Assembly (NCBI GenBank): GCA_951406725.2
Contig: OX597834.1
Coordinates: 23,436,001-23,500,000 of the forward strand
Direction: 5' to 3'
DNA: 64,000 nucleotides
DNA from: Octopus vulgaris
Taxonomy: Eukaryota
The notes under the pieces are model-generated. The model ran no database searches and was not told the origin of the DNA. It saw only the letters and a program-made list of their open reading frames with translations. The translations under genes were made by a program, and so were the position numbers. Each line of letters starts with the position of its first letter. The first letter of the stretch is position 1. This document shows, one piece after another, positions 39,459 through 54,597 of the stretch.

Positions 39459-40914
39459 TTAAGTAAACAGTTTTCCCCCAGCCATAACTTAGGTGATATT
39501 CTTTGATTTTTTAAAATACTTCTATTTTTGGATTGGATCTTGTGTTTTTTTTTCTTCTTCATTTTAGGCAAACTGTCAAATTTAACCTGAACACTCTGTA
39601 GATATCCATATAGTTTGATAGAAAGTTAGCTTTTTTGGGGAGATAGTTATGTAGCTAAACTGACAGATAAATAGACAGATCACTTAGTGCTAACATATTT
39701 AATCAAGATTATTCTGTCAAGTGTAATACTTATTTATTCACATTGTTTTGAATTAATCAGGTATTATCTTTTTGTACTGAGATTTCGATGATATGCTTGT
39801 TTATTTTTGGTATGACATTGTAGTGTAGGTGTGAGAGGGTGAATATGGCAAGTCTACATAAAACAGGTGTCAATATTTGGACCAGATATGGTTGGTTTAA
39901 ATGCTAAAAGGTTAATGTAGAGAGTAACCAAATCTAACTAAAATAAATATATAGCAAGACAAAATCAATATTAACCAATGACAAATAGTACTTTTGATAT
40001 TTCAACGTTTTATATCCTTGTCACACACTGGACATATTAATAATGAAGTGGAGGTTTAATCAATGTGTTTGCAAGACTACCAAAATGCTCTGCCCACTAC
40101 CACTGACTACTACTCTTTATAAGAGTTCGGCTAGTCCCTTCTCCAATCTGCCAGGGGTGTCAATGACTCACACCATGACAATATGTAAAGGGAGAAAATT
40201 CTGGGATGTTTCGCTCTTATTTTGACCTCATTGTTTAACTACATATGTCATTGTTTCACTACATATGTCAAACCAGTCGTGACAGGATTATTAAGTAAAT
40301 GTAGAATAATATAAATGGACTGGTTAGAAGAGGAAAATAGGATTGTTCAAAGGCAACAGATATAGGTTATTATATGAGGTTAGATCATAATTTTCAGGTT
40401 TGGAGTATTTTTTTTTAGGTCACAGTTAATGCCTGATTGATTCTTGTGTTAGAGGTAATTTTTGTTTGAAATATTTCTGTTTTGTTGTTTGACCCTGTGT
40501 ATATTGTGTGGTGATGTGAGGTTGCATTTGTATTTATGGATTTCAAAAGACAACAGTCACAGAGGTCAACAGTCACCTTTCTGATGCCAGACGATGATCA
40601 GGGGGGCATCTAAGTCACATGGCATGGAATGAATAATAATAGGAGCACTCCATTGGTTAAGACGACGAGGTTCCCAACTGATATGATCAACAGAACAGCT
40701 TGCTTGAGAAATTAATGTGCAAGTGGATGAGAATTCCACAGACATGTGTATACCCTTAATGTAGTTCTCAGGGAGATTCAGCATGATGCAGAGTGTTACA
40801 AGGCTGGCCCTTTGAAATACAGGTACTACTCATTTTTGCCAACTGAGTGGACTGAAGCAATGTGAAATAAAGTGTCTTCCTCAAGGACACAACACATTAA
40901 AGGGGAGGAGTTAA

Positions 40915-42110
40915 GGTGTTATAAGCCCAACATTTGTTTCTGGAGCAGGGTCTCAGAGATCCATCATAATGCTGATAGATGTAGTTCACCACAATATACA
41001 GGCCACAATGGAAACAAATAAACTTTGGATAGATTGAACCTTTGTCATCAGGGCTGGAAAAAGACCTTACATTTCAGATCCTGATGCAGAGAAGTTTAAA
41101 GGCTGAATGCTTAAATGTGGAGAGCAAGAAGTATTATAGGGAGGAAGTAGGAGGCTTGGTGGGGTTATGAGGGAGTGTTGAGACAGGGAAGGGTGAGAGG
41201 AGATAAGGGAGTCAGTTCAGGAAGAGAGGGTGTTTAAGAATGAGGGTAGCAATTGAAGGGTTTGTGGAGAGGGGTCAAAGTTTAGGAATAATGGCTATTG
41301 AACTATGGGAAGTTGAGATAGTGGAAAAAGGGATGGCAATTATTTGAGGGAGGGAAGGTGTCTAATTCATAGATGGTTCTAGGGTGGTTGAAGGGTAATT
41401 TGAAAGAAGTTAGCTTGGCAGGGAAGGGTGATTACTAAGGTATGTAGAAAGGTATGAAGAAGGTGGACAAGTGAGTTTGTGTATGTGTGTGTGGGGGTGA
41501 GTCAATAGTCAAGGTAGCAATAGTTAGTACTATAATGAAAGTGGGTTGGTGGTGGAGGGGGAGTGCTAAGGTATGCAGAGGTGTATGGAATTGAACAGAG
41601 GGAGGTGGATAGAGAGGGAGGCAGGGGTTGATAGGTTAGTAGCTAAGGGAGTGGGATAGATGTAGGTGCTTTTCATTGAAGAGGAGATATGAGTGAATGG
41701 GGAAAGAATACAACTTGTGAGGAGGGAGGAGCTGTGAGGGAGGTGGGATGTGGTGGGTAAGAGGAATGTACAAAGGTAATCATGAGAATAATTTAGTAGA
41801 AAAGGGTGGTAGTAGTGGAAGGGTGTAAGTTGCTAGGTCGACCTAGTTGTACCCCAATGTTAATTGTAATTAAGGATAAATTTAATAAAATGGGCAAATG
41901 ATGAGTAGACCTTGTGTTTACAAGAGAGTATTACAACTGAGAATCTATTAAGTAATGAGGAGCTGTGGTTGCGAAGGATGGTTAGCAATTTCCTTAAACA
42001 ATTTGCAGATGCTGAGATTAGTGTTGTATGAGGGAGTCTCCCAGTGGACTTAGACAGGGTATAGGGAACATATTGGGATTTGAGGTTGTGGATACAAGTT
42101 GTTAAAGAAC
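40915..42110 (-). mobile_element. Penelope-like 3' remnant: GIY-YIG end, long pyrimidine-rich 3' UTR, terminal hammerhead-like motif
   Basis: 41905-42110 reads PSYN..CKL..LLTIL..LLNRFS..SCKH (frameshifted). agcc CTGATGA (41051-41045)..GAAAC AAAT GTT gggct (40940-40924). Confidence 0.7.
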
Positions 42111-42556
42111 CATGAACCTGGAACCATGTGGTTGGGAAGCAAGCTGCTTACCACACAACCACGTCTGTACCTATGGATTCTCTCATCATGAACAACAAAT
42201 GAGAGTTCACTAAAATAAAGAAGGAATCAAGTTCTATGAATACACATGTGCCTCTTTAAGGCCTGCTGTATATGCCTATTTGCATATACACATCATCATC
42301 ATCATCATCATCTTCATCATCAGCATCATAATCATTGTTTTAATCTCCACTTCTCTGTACTTGTATGGATTGGATGGAATTCATTGAAGTAGGTTTTCTC
42401 TATGGCTGGATGCCCTTCCTGTCACCAGCCCTCACCTGTTCCCCCCCCCCCACAGGACAGGTATGTTTTCAAGGTTGGTTGGAAATGAATAACACTGTTT
42501 GCAAGATGGTGATGATACATGTTTGCATTGCAACTATCAAGAAATGTCAAAGCAAA

Positions 42557-42595
<39 letters not shown>

Positions 42596-42974
42596 TCACA
42601 CACACATACCCACACACTCACATAAACTCACACACATGCACTCACACACACTCACACACAAACACACTCACATACAAACATACACACAAACACACTCACA
42701 CAATCACACTCACACACAAACACTCACAAACACACTCACATACAAATACACACTGTATAGGAATTGAAACCATGATCTCGTGATTATGAGTGCAAACTCA
42801 CCCCCCCCCCAACTACTAGGACAGGTGCCCTCAGCAAGCCTTATACATACATATGCAAGGGAGGCTGAAAATTTCCTGGCTTTGAGTAAAAGAAAATATA
42901 GGAGGATCAGTTAATTATGATTTCATTCAACATATTCCTCTCTCAGATTTACAAACTTATTGCAGCAGTTTTCA

Positions 42975-43058
<84 letters not shown>

Positions 43059-43061
<3 letters not shown>

Positions 43062-43292
43062 CGTGATCACTGACCAGGTTATCAGATGTTGCTACACATC
43101 GCTGGTCACAATGCGCTTCACATTGTTTTAGCCTTCAAAAGACGCCACCCCGCTGGCTAAGCGAGCAGGCCAACAGAAAAAAGAGTGAGAGAAAGTTGTG
43201 GTGAAAGAGTACAGCAGGGATCGCCATCACCCCCTGCAGGAGCCTCGTGGAGCTATAGGTGTTTTCGTTCAATAAACACTCACAACGCCCGG

Positions 43293-43346
<54 letters not shown>

Positions 43347-43560
43347 TGGAGGCGCAATGGCCTAGTGGTTAGGGCAGCAGACTCGCGCTTTCGATTCCCA
43401 GACCGGGCGTTGTGAGTGTTTATTGAGCAAAAACACCTAAAAGCTCCACGAGGCTCCGGCAGGGGATGGTGATCCCTGCTGTACTCTTTCACCACTCTTT
43501 CTTCTGTTGGCCTGCTCGCTTAGCCAGCGGGGTGGCGTCATTCGAAGGCTAAAACAATGC

Positions 43561-43562
<2 letters not shown>
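43059..43562. mobile_element. Head-to-head pair of tRNA-derived SINEs in (TA)n (full copy 51916-52214)
   Basis: 43059-43296 (minus) and 43344-43562 (plus) are reverse complements of one family. Confidence 0.85.
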
Positions 43563-43600
<38 letters not shown>

Positions 43601-43806
43601 GTAAATTGTAAAATGTGTCACCACTACTACATGAACCTGAAGATTGCATAGTTTAATGCATATAAGTACAAGTTCATTCAGAATGAACGTTTAATATTCT
43701 ATCTTTTCATTATCTTATAGTATTATAAGATTCTAAATAAAACGTGAAAATCAAAGTTGGAATTTCTTGCAGTAATATATTCCTCTATACACAATCATAC
43801 ATACCC

Positions 43807-43874
<68 letters not shown>

Positions 43875-45469
43875 TTAACTAATGATGGGGTTGTCATTTC
43901 TTGAGTAAATGTCATGGCCAAAACCGTCACTAATTAGTGCCATTTAAATCTCCTGATACATTTATGTTATAACGACATTTTAATTTAAATACAAACACTT
44001 TAGTACATACAGATGCACAGACAGACAGACAGACTCAGTCCAGGATGGTATTAAAGGGGTCAATACATTGAATGTGAAGGGGTCAAAGGATACTTTGTCT
44101 CCTAACAACCCCTTATGACCCTTTTATACACAATACCATCCCTATACCCTTAACAAAATTCTCAAAGCTGGGAGTGAGAGTGGGTTGGGGCACTGGAGGG
44201 GACAGGGAGTGGGGAAATAGGGCTAAGAATGACCCTGTCACCTAATTATCCACCCAAGAAAATTGAAACTTAATTTATTCTCCTTTTCTTTACTGTGCCA
44301 TTTTTTAACTCTTTTTTTTTATTTACTTCTTTCAGTCATCGGCCTGTGGCCAGACTGGAGCACCGTTCTGAAGGATTTTAGTTGATCTCAACAAATCAAC
44401 TCCAATATTTATGGGGGTTTTTTTTTGTGGTTTTTAAAGTCTGATGCGTGCGTATTCCATTGGTTTCATTTGTCAAATCGTTTAGTTACAAATCGACACT
44501 GGTTATTTAGCAATGTGGAGGTGGCGAGACACAAACATACACACGCACACATACACACACATATTTATTCATGAACAAGAAATTTGTGACAGTAACTTCG
44601 AACTTATGTCCAGTTAAGCCATCATCAGGCAATCCAATAATGGCTTTAACTGGCCAAAACTTTGAAGTCACTGTCAACAATATTTTTGTCTAAGAATAAA
44701 CATATACTCTACAAACGTACTTAGTAACACCTCAGATTAATGTAAAATTATTTTTATTATAGTTAAACATAAAAAAACCCAAACAAAGTTGTGTGTGTGT
44801 GTGTGTGTGTATGATGGGCTTCCATACAGTTTCTATCTACCAAATTCACTCACAAGGCATTGGTGGTTGGCCAAGGGCTATAGTAGAAGACATTTGTCCA
44901 AAGTGCTCCAGGGTGGAATTTTGGGGTATTTTTAATTATTATTTTTTAGAATTTTAATTGGGTTTTTTTTGTTGTTGTTTTTTTATTAGGCAGAGAAAAG
45001 GGCAGGCATGCCCTTTTTTCTTTGAAACCACTGGGGTTAGTGGGAGCAAACATGGAGGTGATCCTGAAACAAGAGACTTGGTCCAAATGCTAGGAACAAG
45101 GTGATTTCCGCTTAATGCATTCAGCTAGAAATAGCAGTCAAGACCCTTAAATCTTGCTCTGCAATCTTGAGAAGAGAAGGACAAATTATGCATTGCAGTC
45201 CAAGATATGCTATGTCTGAGAGAAAGATGGTGAGGTCATGAATGGAATATTTCATATTGTGGGATCACTTTGTCAGGCCCAACCTGGGGTTTAACAACTT
45301 GAGGCTGCTTTAGTAGAACTAGCAGCCAAATGTCCCTTAAATCACTTTCTACTATCACATTTAGATCTAGATACAGTAGGGTGGGGGTGGGTGTCAGAGG
45401 TGGAGTGGCATTGATCATAGGTCTACTGAACTGGGGTTGGCCTGAGTTAAACAACAACTACAGCAAGAA

Positions 45470-46306
45470 CACACCACCACCACTACTGCCACCACCACCA
45501 CTGCTGCCACCACCACCACCACCACCACCACTGCTGCCATCACCACCACTGCTGCCACCACCACCACCACCACCACTGCTGCCATCTCCACCACCACCAC
45601 TGCTATCATCACCACCACCACCACTTTTGCCGCCACCACCACTGCTGCCGCCACCACCACCACCAGTACTGCCACTGCTGCCATCACCAACACCACCACC
45701 GCCACTGCTATCATCACCACCACCACTGCTGCCACCACCACCATCACTGCTGCCACCACCGCCACCACTGCTGCCGTCACCACCACTGCTGCCACCACCA
45801 CCACTGCCACTGCTATCATCACCACCACCACTGCTGCCACCACCACTGCTGCCACCACCACTACTGCCACAACCACCACTGCTAATACCACCACCACTGC
45901 TATCATCACCACCACCACTGCTGCCATCACCACCACCACTGCTGCCACCACCACCACTGCTGCCACCACCACCACCACTGCTGCCATCACCACCACTGTC
46001 GCCACCACCACCACTTCTGCCACCATCACCACCATCACCTCCACCAATCACTCCCATTACCATTGGTCTCTGCTACAACCAATAACCCCATTACAGTTAC
46101 TAGCATAACCAGCACAAAACCACTGCCGCCACCACCACTATTGCCAAAACCATCACCACTACCAGCAGCAACAGCAGCACCACCACCACCATCACTACCA
46201 TCAGCGTCACCACTTACATAACCCCTATCACCATCAGTACTACAATTGGTTACTGACACCACCACCACCACCACCACCTCTACCTTCATCGTCCTCCCCA
46301 CCACCA
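45470..46306. repeat. (CCA)n/(CTG) trinucleotide-derived low-complexity array
   Basis: Recurrent ccaccaccactgctg units; yields poly-Pro, poly-Gly and poly-Val ORFs on both strands. Confidence 0.9.
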
Positions 46307-48284
46307 CACAGAGACGGAAACAATTCCTTTTTATTTGTAACCCAATAAGTTTATGGTTCCAACAGTGAAATATTAGCTAACCATATAAATTCCAAGAATG
46401 TAATCTTTTAATTCACTCCTTCGCCTACCAATATATAGATGCATATAGATGTGTGTGTGTATATATATATTTATACACACACACACACATTAATATATAC
46501 ATATATATTAGGTTAATGAATTTGTTATCATGCTTATTTTTTTCAATATTTATAACAGAAATAATTGAATCGTGGAGTAGATTTTATCGTTATGAAATAT
46601 GCTCTCAAAAAAACCCCCTTTCATACTTCATGGTTTTTAAATTAGATTTAAAGCATTTGGGAAATAAATGTTTTTGAAAGGAAGAAAATTTAAACTTTCC
46701 TAAAGTTTCTTTAAAGAAGAAGAGGAAGAAGAAAGAGGAGGAGAAGAGGAAGAGAAGGAGGAGGAAGTGAAGGAGAAGAGGAAGAGTTGGAGGACAAAAA
46801 CAATAATAATAATAATCCTTTCTACTGTAGGCACAAGGCCTGAAATTTGGGGGGAGGGGACTAGTTGATTTAATTGACCCCAGTGTTTCACTGGTACTTA
46901 ATTTATCGCCCCCTGAAAGGATGAAAGGTAAAGTCAACCTCAGCAGAATTTGAACTCAGAATGTGAAGACGGATGGATGAAATGCTGCTAAGCATTTTGC
47001 CCTGCATGCTAACAATTCTGCCAGCTCACTGCCTTCACAATAATAATAATAATAATAATAATAAAATAATAATAATAATAATAATAATTCTTGCAAATTC
47101 TGGTACAAAGCCAGAAATTTGAGAGAAAGTGGTGCTAGACAATTACGTCAATCCCACTCCTTCACTGTAGTTTATTTTATTACTTTGAAAGGGTAAAAAG
47201 TGAAGCTAACCTTTGTAGGATTAGAGCTGAGAATGTAAAGAATCAGAAGAAATACTGTTTCGCATGTTCTCTGATCTGCTAATGAGTCAGCCAGCTTGCT
47301 GACTGGGCTTGGATGTAGTCATTTTCACTCTATCAACCAGGTTATCAGATGCTGTTATACATCGCTGGTCACAATGCACTTTGCATTTTTTTCTTTAGCT
47401 TTCAAATGATGTCACCCCTATCGGTTGGCGAGCAGGCCAACATTGCCCCTGATTGGAAGGCTAGTCCATTGCAGGGGTCATCCATTTACAGCTGAGTGGA
47501 CGGGAACAACATGTTTTGCTTGAGGATACAATGTGCTGCCCAGTTTGTGAATCAAACCCATGATCTAGTGATCATGAGCGAAACACCCTAACCACTAGGC
47601 CATGCCCTTAGTGGTTCTATGTGCCTGAAATAGCAACCAAATTTCTCTCAAATCGCTGCTTTCTATCTTTAAGATCAAAGACACATTAAACCATTCAATT
47701 TGTATCAGATATGAAATATGCAAAAAGGTTTATTGTCACTTTGATAATCAGGTTATCTAAAGAATACAGAAAATGGTATTTTGTATAAACAAGTCTATGA
47801 GTATGTATTCATATGCTGAGTGTTTGTGTATGTCTCTCTGTATTGGTGTTACCATCTCTGTGAGTACACATTTTTGTGTGTATATATGAATATACATGAT
47901 TTGCGTATATGTATGTATGCATGTATACATATAGAGAGTCTGCCAAATAAATGTATACACACTTCAAGAAAGGAAAAAAAACCCTGTATAAATATTTAGC
48001 TCGTATAAGTACCCCAATAAATATAAATCCCTGTTTCAATGTTTTATGAAATTGTGATAACACAGAATAAATTGCAATAACACTGAATTTAAATATTTAT
48101 ACAGGTTTTACCTTTCCTGGAGTGTGTATACATTTTTGTGGGGGACTCTGTATATGAGTGCACGTGCATCTGTGTTGGAATAAGCATGTGTATTGATAAA
48201 GGTTGAGAGTTCAATTCTTTGTAGCAGCTGTTGGCCACTTTTTTTTCTGTCTATAGGGGTATTTTTTTTTTACCTGATTTTCTA

Positions 48285-48460
48285 AAGGCTGGCTATCTGA
48301 GCAGCTGAAGGCATGTATAGGAGGGGCATTACAAACAGCAGTGGCCCCAAGACAGTGACCTGTGGGACACCATGCATTATTTGCAATTCCTTGGAGGTAG
48401 CCTCATTGGTTACTACTACCTGATTTTATATTTTAGAGAGTTGTGCATTCACTCACCAAA
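48285..48460 (-). mobile_element. CR1/L2-type LINE RT fragment
   Basis: QVVVTN..IMHGVPQVTVLGPLLF resembles GVPQGSVLGPLLF. Confidence 0.7.
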
Positions 48461-49292
48461 AGACATATTCAAACTTCTAAAGGCAAATTCACTGTAGTTG
48501 CCATGGAGAAATAAAGTTTTTTAGTTAAAGCTTTTGTTATGATGAATTTTCCCACTTGAAGGAAGCATTGGGTAGATATGGCGTTCTTTACACCTTTTAC
48601 CACAATAGACAATTTTTTTCTCCATGGTAACAGCAGAGAATTTGCTTTTCATGTGATCACATGACCAACCAGACTATCAGATGATGTTACACATCGCTGG
48701 TCACAATGTGCTTTGCATTATTTCAGCCTGCAAATGTTGACCCCCTGCTAGCTAGGCAAGCAGGCCAATATTCTCCGCTAATCAAAAAGAGAATTTGCCT
48801 TTAGAAGTTTCAAATATATCAGAAACATATTTTTACTAATCTGAAACTTATTTATTCCTAATCACCGCTTGGCACTGATGCTGTTGTTTTTATATACACA
48901 CACATCCACATGAAGACATAAACGGTATGTGGGTGGGTAGATCTACGAATGTGCCTATATTTGTATAGGAATCTATATGAAATTAAGTGATTAAGTGTCA
49001 GAAGTTAAGTATCGTTATGAAAGACAGACACACAACAGCAGCCTTTATTATGGTAACATGGCACCAATGTTTCTTCACTGGTTAGCAGAGAACTGAGTGT
49101 AGGTGTTTGGGGGGGGAGGAGGGGGAGATGCACAAAGAAAGGTAGATTTTACATAAATATATAGGGAGAGAGAGAGAGACAGAGGCAAACATAAACACAC
49201 ACAAGTGCACTCTCAGAGACAGGCAGATAGATTAAGAGAGAAAGAGAGAGAGAAAGAAGAGACATACACAAATACAAAGATAGGTAGATTTT

Positions 49293-49435
<143 letters not shown>

Positions 49436-50407
49436 CAGATAGACAGATAGATTGAATGAGTGAGGGATAGGGAGAGAGAGTATGTGCATATGTGCATGTT
49501 GTGTAGTGGAGTGGGAGATGGTGGTGGTGGTGGTAGGGGAGGAGGGTTACCAAATGCAGGTGCACATGAACTGGTACACGTATGTAGAGTCAGGAAATCG
49601 TGAATTTTTAATTCTACTAAATGCTTGAGGTATGCAACAGCAACACTATCATCAACATTGTAACCATCACCACCATCATCAGCATCATTAATATATACAT
49701 CTATTTATCTATCTATCTATATTCTGTTATTCTTTTACTTGTTTCGGTCATTTGACTGTGGGCCATGCTGGAGCACCACCTTTAGTCGAACAAATCAACC
49801 CCAGGACTTATTCTTTGTAAACCTAGTACTTATTCTATCGGTGTCTTTTGCTGAGCCGCTAAGTTACAGGGACATGAACACACCAATATTGGACATCAAG
49901 TGATGTTGGGGGGGGGGGAGGGGGCAAAAAGAAATACACACACACACACACACACACAGTCACACACATATACATATATATATACGTTGGGCTTCTCTCA
50001 GTTTTCATCAACCAAATCCACTCACAAGGTTTTTGTTGGCCCAAGGCTATAGTAGAAAACACTTGCCCAAGGTGTCATGCAGTAGGACTGAACTGGGAAC
50101 CATGTGGTGGGAAAGTGAGCTTCTTACCTCAAAGCCACTCCTGCACCTATATATATATATGTGTGTGTGTGTGTATTGGTAAAAACGGTAAGATAACAAA
50201 AGAAAGAAAGAGACCTCAATATTATGTAAAGAGAGAAAATTTATCTGTAAAATAATATGTGACAATTATTCATAGCGTTTTTTCAGATGGCCAGATAACC
50301 GAAGTGATGGTGGTGTGGATTTCCACCTCGGCATCCGAAACTCAGAGTTTTATCTTGGCTACCGAATAATTGTCACATATTATTTTACAGATATATATAT
50401 ATATTTA

Positions 50408-50960
50408 TAGGGTGCAATGGGTAAATTGTTGCCATTTTATATCTTTAATTTTGCGCATGTGCATTGTTTGCTTTTGATTTTGTTGACTACACAGTATAGT
50501 AGGATCAGTTGGGCACCATCTATGAGAAAAACAACACCATAATGCAATTCTCGCTGCCAGAAATTTGGAAATGACATGCTGTACTGCTTGGCATTTGCAT
50601 CAGAAGCTCCATTATGAACAGATGATGATCACACAAAACAAGTACTGAGGGTGATAAAAATCAAACATCCAGTCAGCATCATGGTGTTTGGAGTGATCAC
50701 TAGGGATGGCGACGTTATACCTCTATTCATCTTCCCACATGGCCTCTAACTCAACACGGAGGCCTATATCAAGTGCCTGGAGGAGGTAGTGCTGCCCTGG
50801 ATCAAGAGGATGGCTACTGGAAGACTCTATGTCTGGCAACAGGAATCTGCATCATGCCAGGAGAACCCAGTCATGGCTGTCAGACAATTTCTGTAACCAC
50901 ACCACCCCTAACATCTGGACACAGGAAATGTGTCAAGGCCGACAGGAAGCGTTGCTGCTT
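50408..50960 (+). mobile_element. maT/DD37D remnant
   Basis: KHPVSIMVFGVIT.DGDV..LFIFPHGL..YVWQQ. Confidence 0.75.
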
Positions 50961-53021
50961 CTTAGGGTTAAATAGCAGTAGTTTGATTCCCTTCATGGGA
51001 CTGTCACATTAAGTTGACAGTATACAACTACTTTATCGTACCACTACTGTATAAATCTCTCTGAGATATTTAGAAATGTATCATTTATATATATATACCA
51101 CTACACATGTCCCTTTCTGTATAAGAGCGTAGGCTCGAAACATAAAAGACTTTTTCTATTCCTGAGCTTTATACTAATACATCTGTTTGTTTTGTACACC
51201 ACCTGTCTTCCCACCTCCCCTCTCAAAATAAATAGAATTTTTTTTAAATACTGGTCCTCTGCCAAAATTTGAAACCATTATTAAAATGGCATTTGGAACA
51301 TAAACTAACATGAAGTTTTGATGAGGATTTTTAATGTTGAACACTTTAAAATGAGAAGTTTGTATCCTAAAACGAAGGGCAATCTCAGGCAAGTTAGAAT
51401 GGAAGGGGTTAATATCACAGGTGACAACGGGGATCAGAAAACTGTTTGTAACCAACAATGAGAACAATAAGACTCAGGCTATAATTTCTATTCATCAACA
51501 AGCACCATAAAACACAAGTTTCAAAGAGTGTGTAATAACGTCTGCTTTCTAAAGAAACAACTGAGTCAAGGTCAGCAATTGTCTGATTAAATTTTGATGT
51601 GTTTCTGGCTTTTGTGATGATTGCTGTTATGAATTGTTTCTTTGAGTACAAATGGCAATATATAGAACATTGTAACTCTTTCAGTGGCAATAAATTTGGT
51701 AAGAAGGACAAGAAGAGGAAGAATGAAGGAATAGAGGAATAAGGGAATGGAGGCGGGTAACAGATTGTTACTGTGTGTAGTAATGTTTCATACAGTCTTG
51801 CATTTTATTAATGTCACAACATTGTACAGGAAATATATACATGTATATATGTATGTATACACAAACATATATATGCATCCATCTCTCTCTCTCTTTCTTT
51901 ATGTGTGTGTGTGTGTGGAGGCACAATGACCCAGCGGACTTGCGGTCGTAGGATCGCGGTTTCGATTCCCAGACCGGGTGTTGTGAGTGTTTATTGAGCG
52001 AAAACACCTAAAGCTCCACAAGGCTCTGGCAGGGGGTGGTGGCGATCCCTGCTGTACTCTTTTGCTACAACTTTCTCTCACTCTTTCTTCTGTTGGCCTG
52101 CTTGCTTAGCCAACAGGGTGGCTCATTTGAAGGCTAAAACAATGCAAAGCACATTGTGACCAGCTATATGTTGCAACATCTCATTGCCTGGCTGGTCACG
52201 GTGATCACGGTGATATATATACATACACACATATACATACATATATATATATATATATGAATAAAAAATGGAGTTAACGCAGGTTTAAACAAGTATTTTT
52301 ACTTTCGACACATGTTTATAAACAAGGAGTTACAACATCTTTACTTGTGAGATTTTTGCTGCCCTGGTAACTATTTATTTATTTTTCCGTGTTAATTGTT
52401 AACAAGGTAAAAATACACTCATCTATTTATATATAAAAGCACCATCCGTTCGTGGCCGTTTGCCAGCTCTGTCTGGCACCTGTGCAGGTGGCACGTAAAA
52501 AACACCCACTACACTCGCGGAGTGGTTGGCGTTAGGAAGGGCATCCAGCCATAGAAACACTGCCAGATCTGACTGGGCCTGACGAAGCCTTCCAGCTTCA
52601 CAGACCCCAGTTGACCCGTCCAACCCATGCTAGCATGGAAAGCGGACGCTATGATGATGATGATGATGATGATATATATACATACACACATATATATACA
52701 TACACATATATATATATATAAAATTAGTGTACATTTATACACAAAAGAGGTGAGCCTAACAGGCTAAAAGGAACAGTCAAAGGACACCTTACACGCTAAA
52801 AGGAACAGTCAAAGCCCAAACCACGATTAAGAGTAATTTTGAAGGGGATGAAAAATAAAAACATTTTCAATAATTACCACATGTACCTAGGTTTTGAACA
52901 TCAATGGACAAATAAAATAATTTGCCATCTGTATCCTCTTCAGCATGGGCGCTACAACTAATATATATTTATGAAACATCGTAGACAGTATTTTCATTAC
53001 ACATATATATATATATAAATA

Positions 53022-53900
53022 TGGTACGGTCATGTGGCGAGAATGGATGAAGACAGCTGTGTAAAAAAGTACCACACCCTGGCGGTTGAGGGAACCTGTG
53101 GAAGAGGTAGATCCAAGAAGACCTGGGATGAAGTGGTGAAGCACGACCTTCGAACTTTGGGCCTCATGGAGGAACTGACTAGTGACTGAGACTTTTGGAA
53201 ATATGCCGTGCGTGAGAAGACCCGGCAAGCCAAATGAGACTATAATCTCGTGGCCTATGCTAGGGGCATTACCAGCCCACTTATGCGTACCTTCTCCTTC
53301 TTTGGACACTAAAACTCTGCTTGCGAAGACCTGTTGAGGCAAGTGAAATCAAAATTCAAAAATCAAAATCAAATTCAATGACTGGCGTCCGTGCTAGTGG
53401 GGTATAAAGAGCACCATACGAGTGTGATCATTGACAGAGTGGCTAACCAGCTTCCGTGCCAGTGGCACCATTCGTGCGTCATCGTTTCCAGCGTCGCATT
53501 ACTGGCACTCGAGTTCCGTGCTAGTAGGGTATTAAGAGCACCATCTGAGCGTGATCATTGCTAGAGCGGTTACCTGGCCTCCATGCCGGTGGCACGTAAA
53601 AGACACCATTCGAGCATGATCGTTACCAGCATCGCTTTACTGGCACCCATGCCGGTGGCATGTGTAAAAGATTTGAGCGAGGCCGTTGCCAGTGCCGCCT
53701 GACTGGCCTCGTGCTGATGGCACGTAAAAGCACCTGCTACACTCTCAGAGTGGTTGGCATTAGGAATGGCATCCAGTTGTAGAAACTCTGCCAGATCAAG
53801 ATTGAAGCCTGGTGCAGCCATCTGGTTCGCCAGCCCTCAGGCATACGTCCAACCCATGCTAGCATGGAAAGCGGACATTAAATGATGATGATGATGATGA
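53022..53900 (+). mobile_element. RTE-clade LINE 3' end with 3' UTR and (ATG)n tail (short tail copies at 29864-30187, 30943-31139, 38706-39092, 52435-52671, 59152-59288)
   Basis: WYGHVARMDEDSCVKK..GRGRSKKTWDEVVKHDL..REKTRQAK*. Confidence 0.88.
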
Positions 53901-54129
53901 TATATACAAAAATCATTCATTAGAGAACAAACATCAAATCTGGGCCAATGACTTCTATACATTTCATCATATACCTGTTTGCAACCAACATGAAGACTCA
54001 GGCTATAAATACTATTCATCAAAAAACACCAGATTGTGTAATAACGTCTGCTTTCTAAAGAAACGACTGAGTCAAGGTTCTATACATTTTATTATATACA
54101 AACAATACCATTGCCTTCAACATATAAAA

Positions 54130-54551
54130 GAAATATGTATATAAACACTGAAGGTAAAAAATATATATATATGAACATATAAAGACTACAAAAATATGTA
54201 GAAGGACCTGTCCAGAATAATGTATATAAGAATCGACTAAAGTAGGTGATTAAAATTTACTCATCAATTAAAAATATATCAAAATAGTCAGTCCTTAAAA
54301 ATGAGGTGATCCATGGTAGGTCTGGTATCCAAGGAGTGTTAGAGAGTTCCAAAAAGAGTAAGTCAAAATCCACATCTGTGGCCATTTCAGTCAGATTGCA
54401 AATCAAAGCACATCTTGGCAATGACCCCTTCATCAGGATGAACAGAACTCTTCAGGAATTTCACAATCAAGTAGTTCACAAGAATTACAATACTGGTGCA
54501 ATCCTTATTTATAAAATACAACCTTTAGCAGGACCAGTCCAAAATTCCTAA

Positions 54552-54597
<46 letters not shown>

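Noticed and set aside
45330-46085. 251-aa proline-rich ORF (extensin/formin-like) and antisense Gly/Val-rich ORFs
   Set aside because: By-product of a (CCA)n-derived array open in several frames; no unique domain or splice support.
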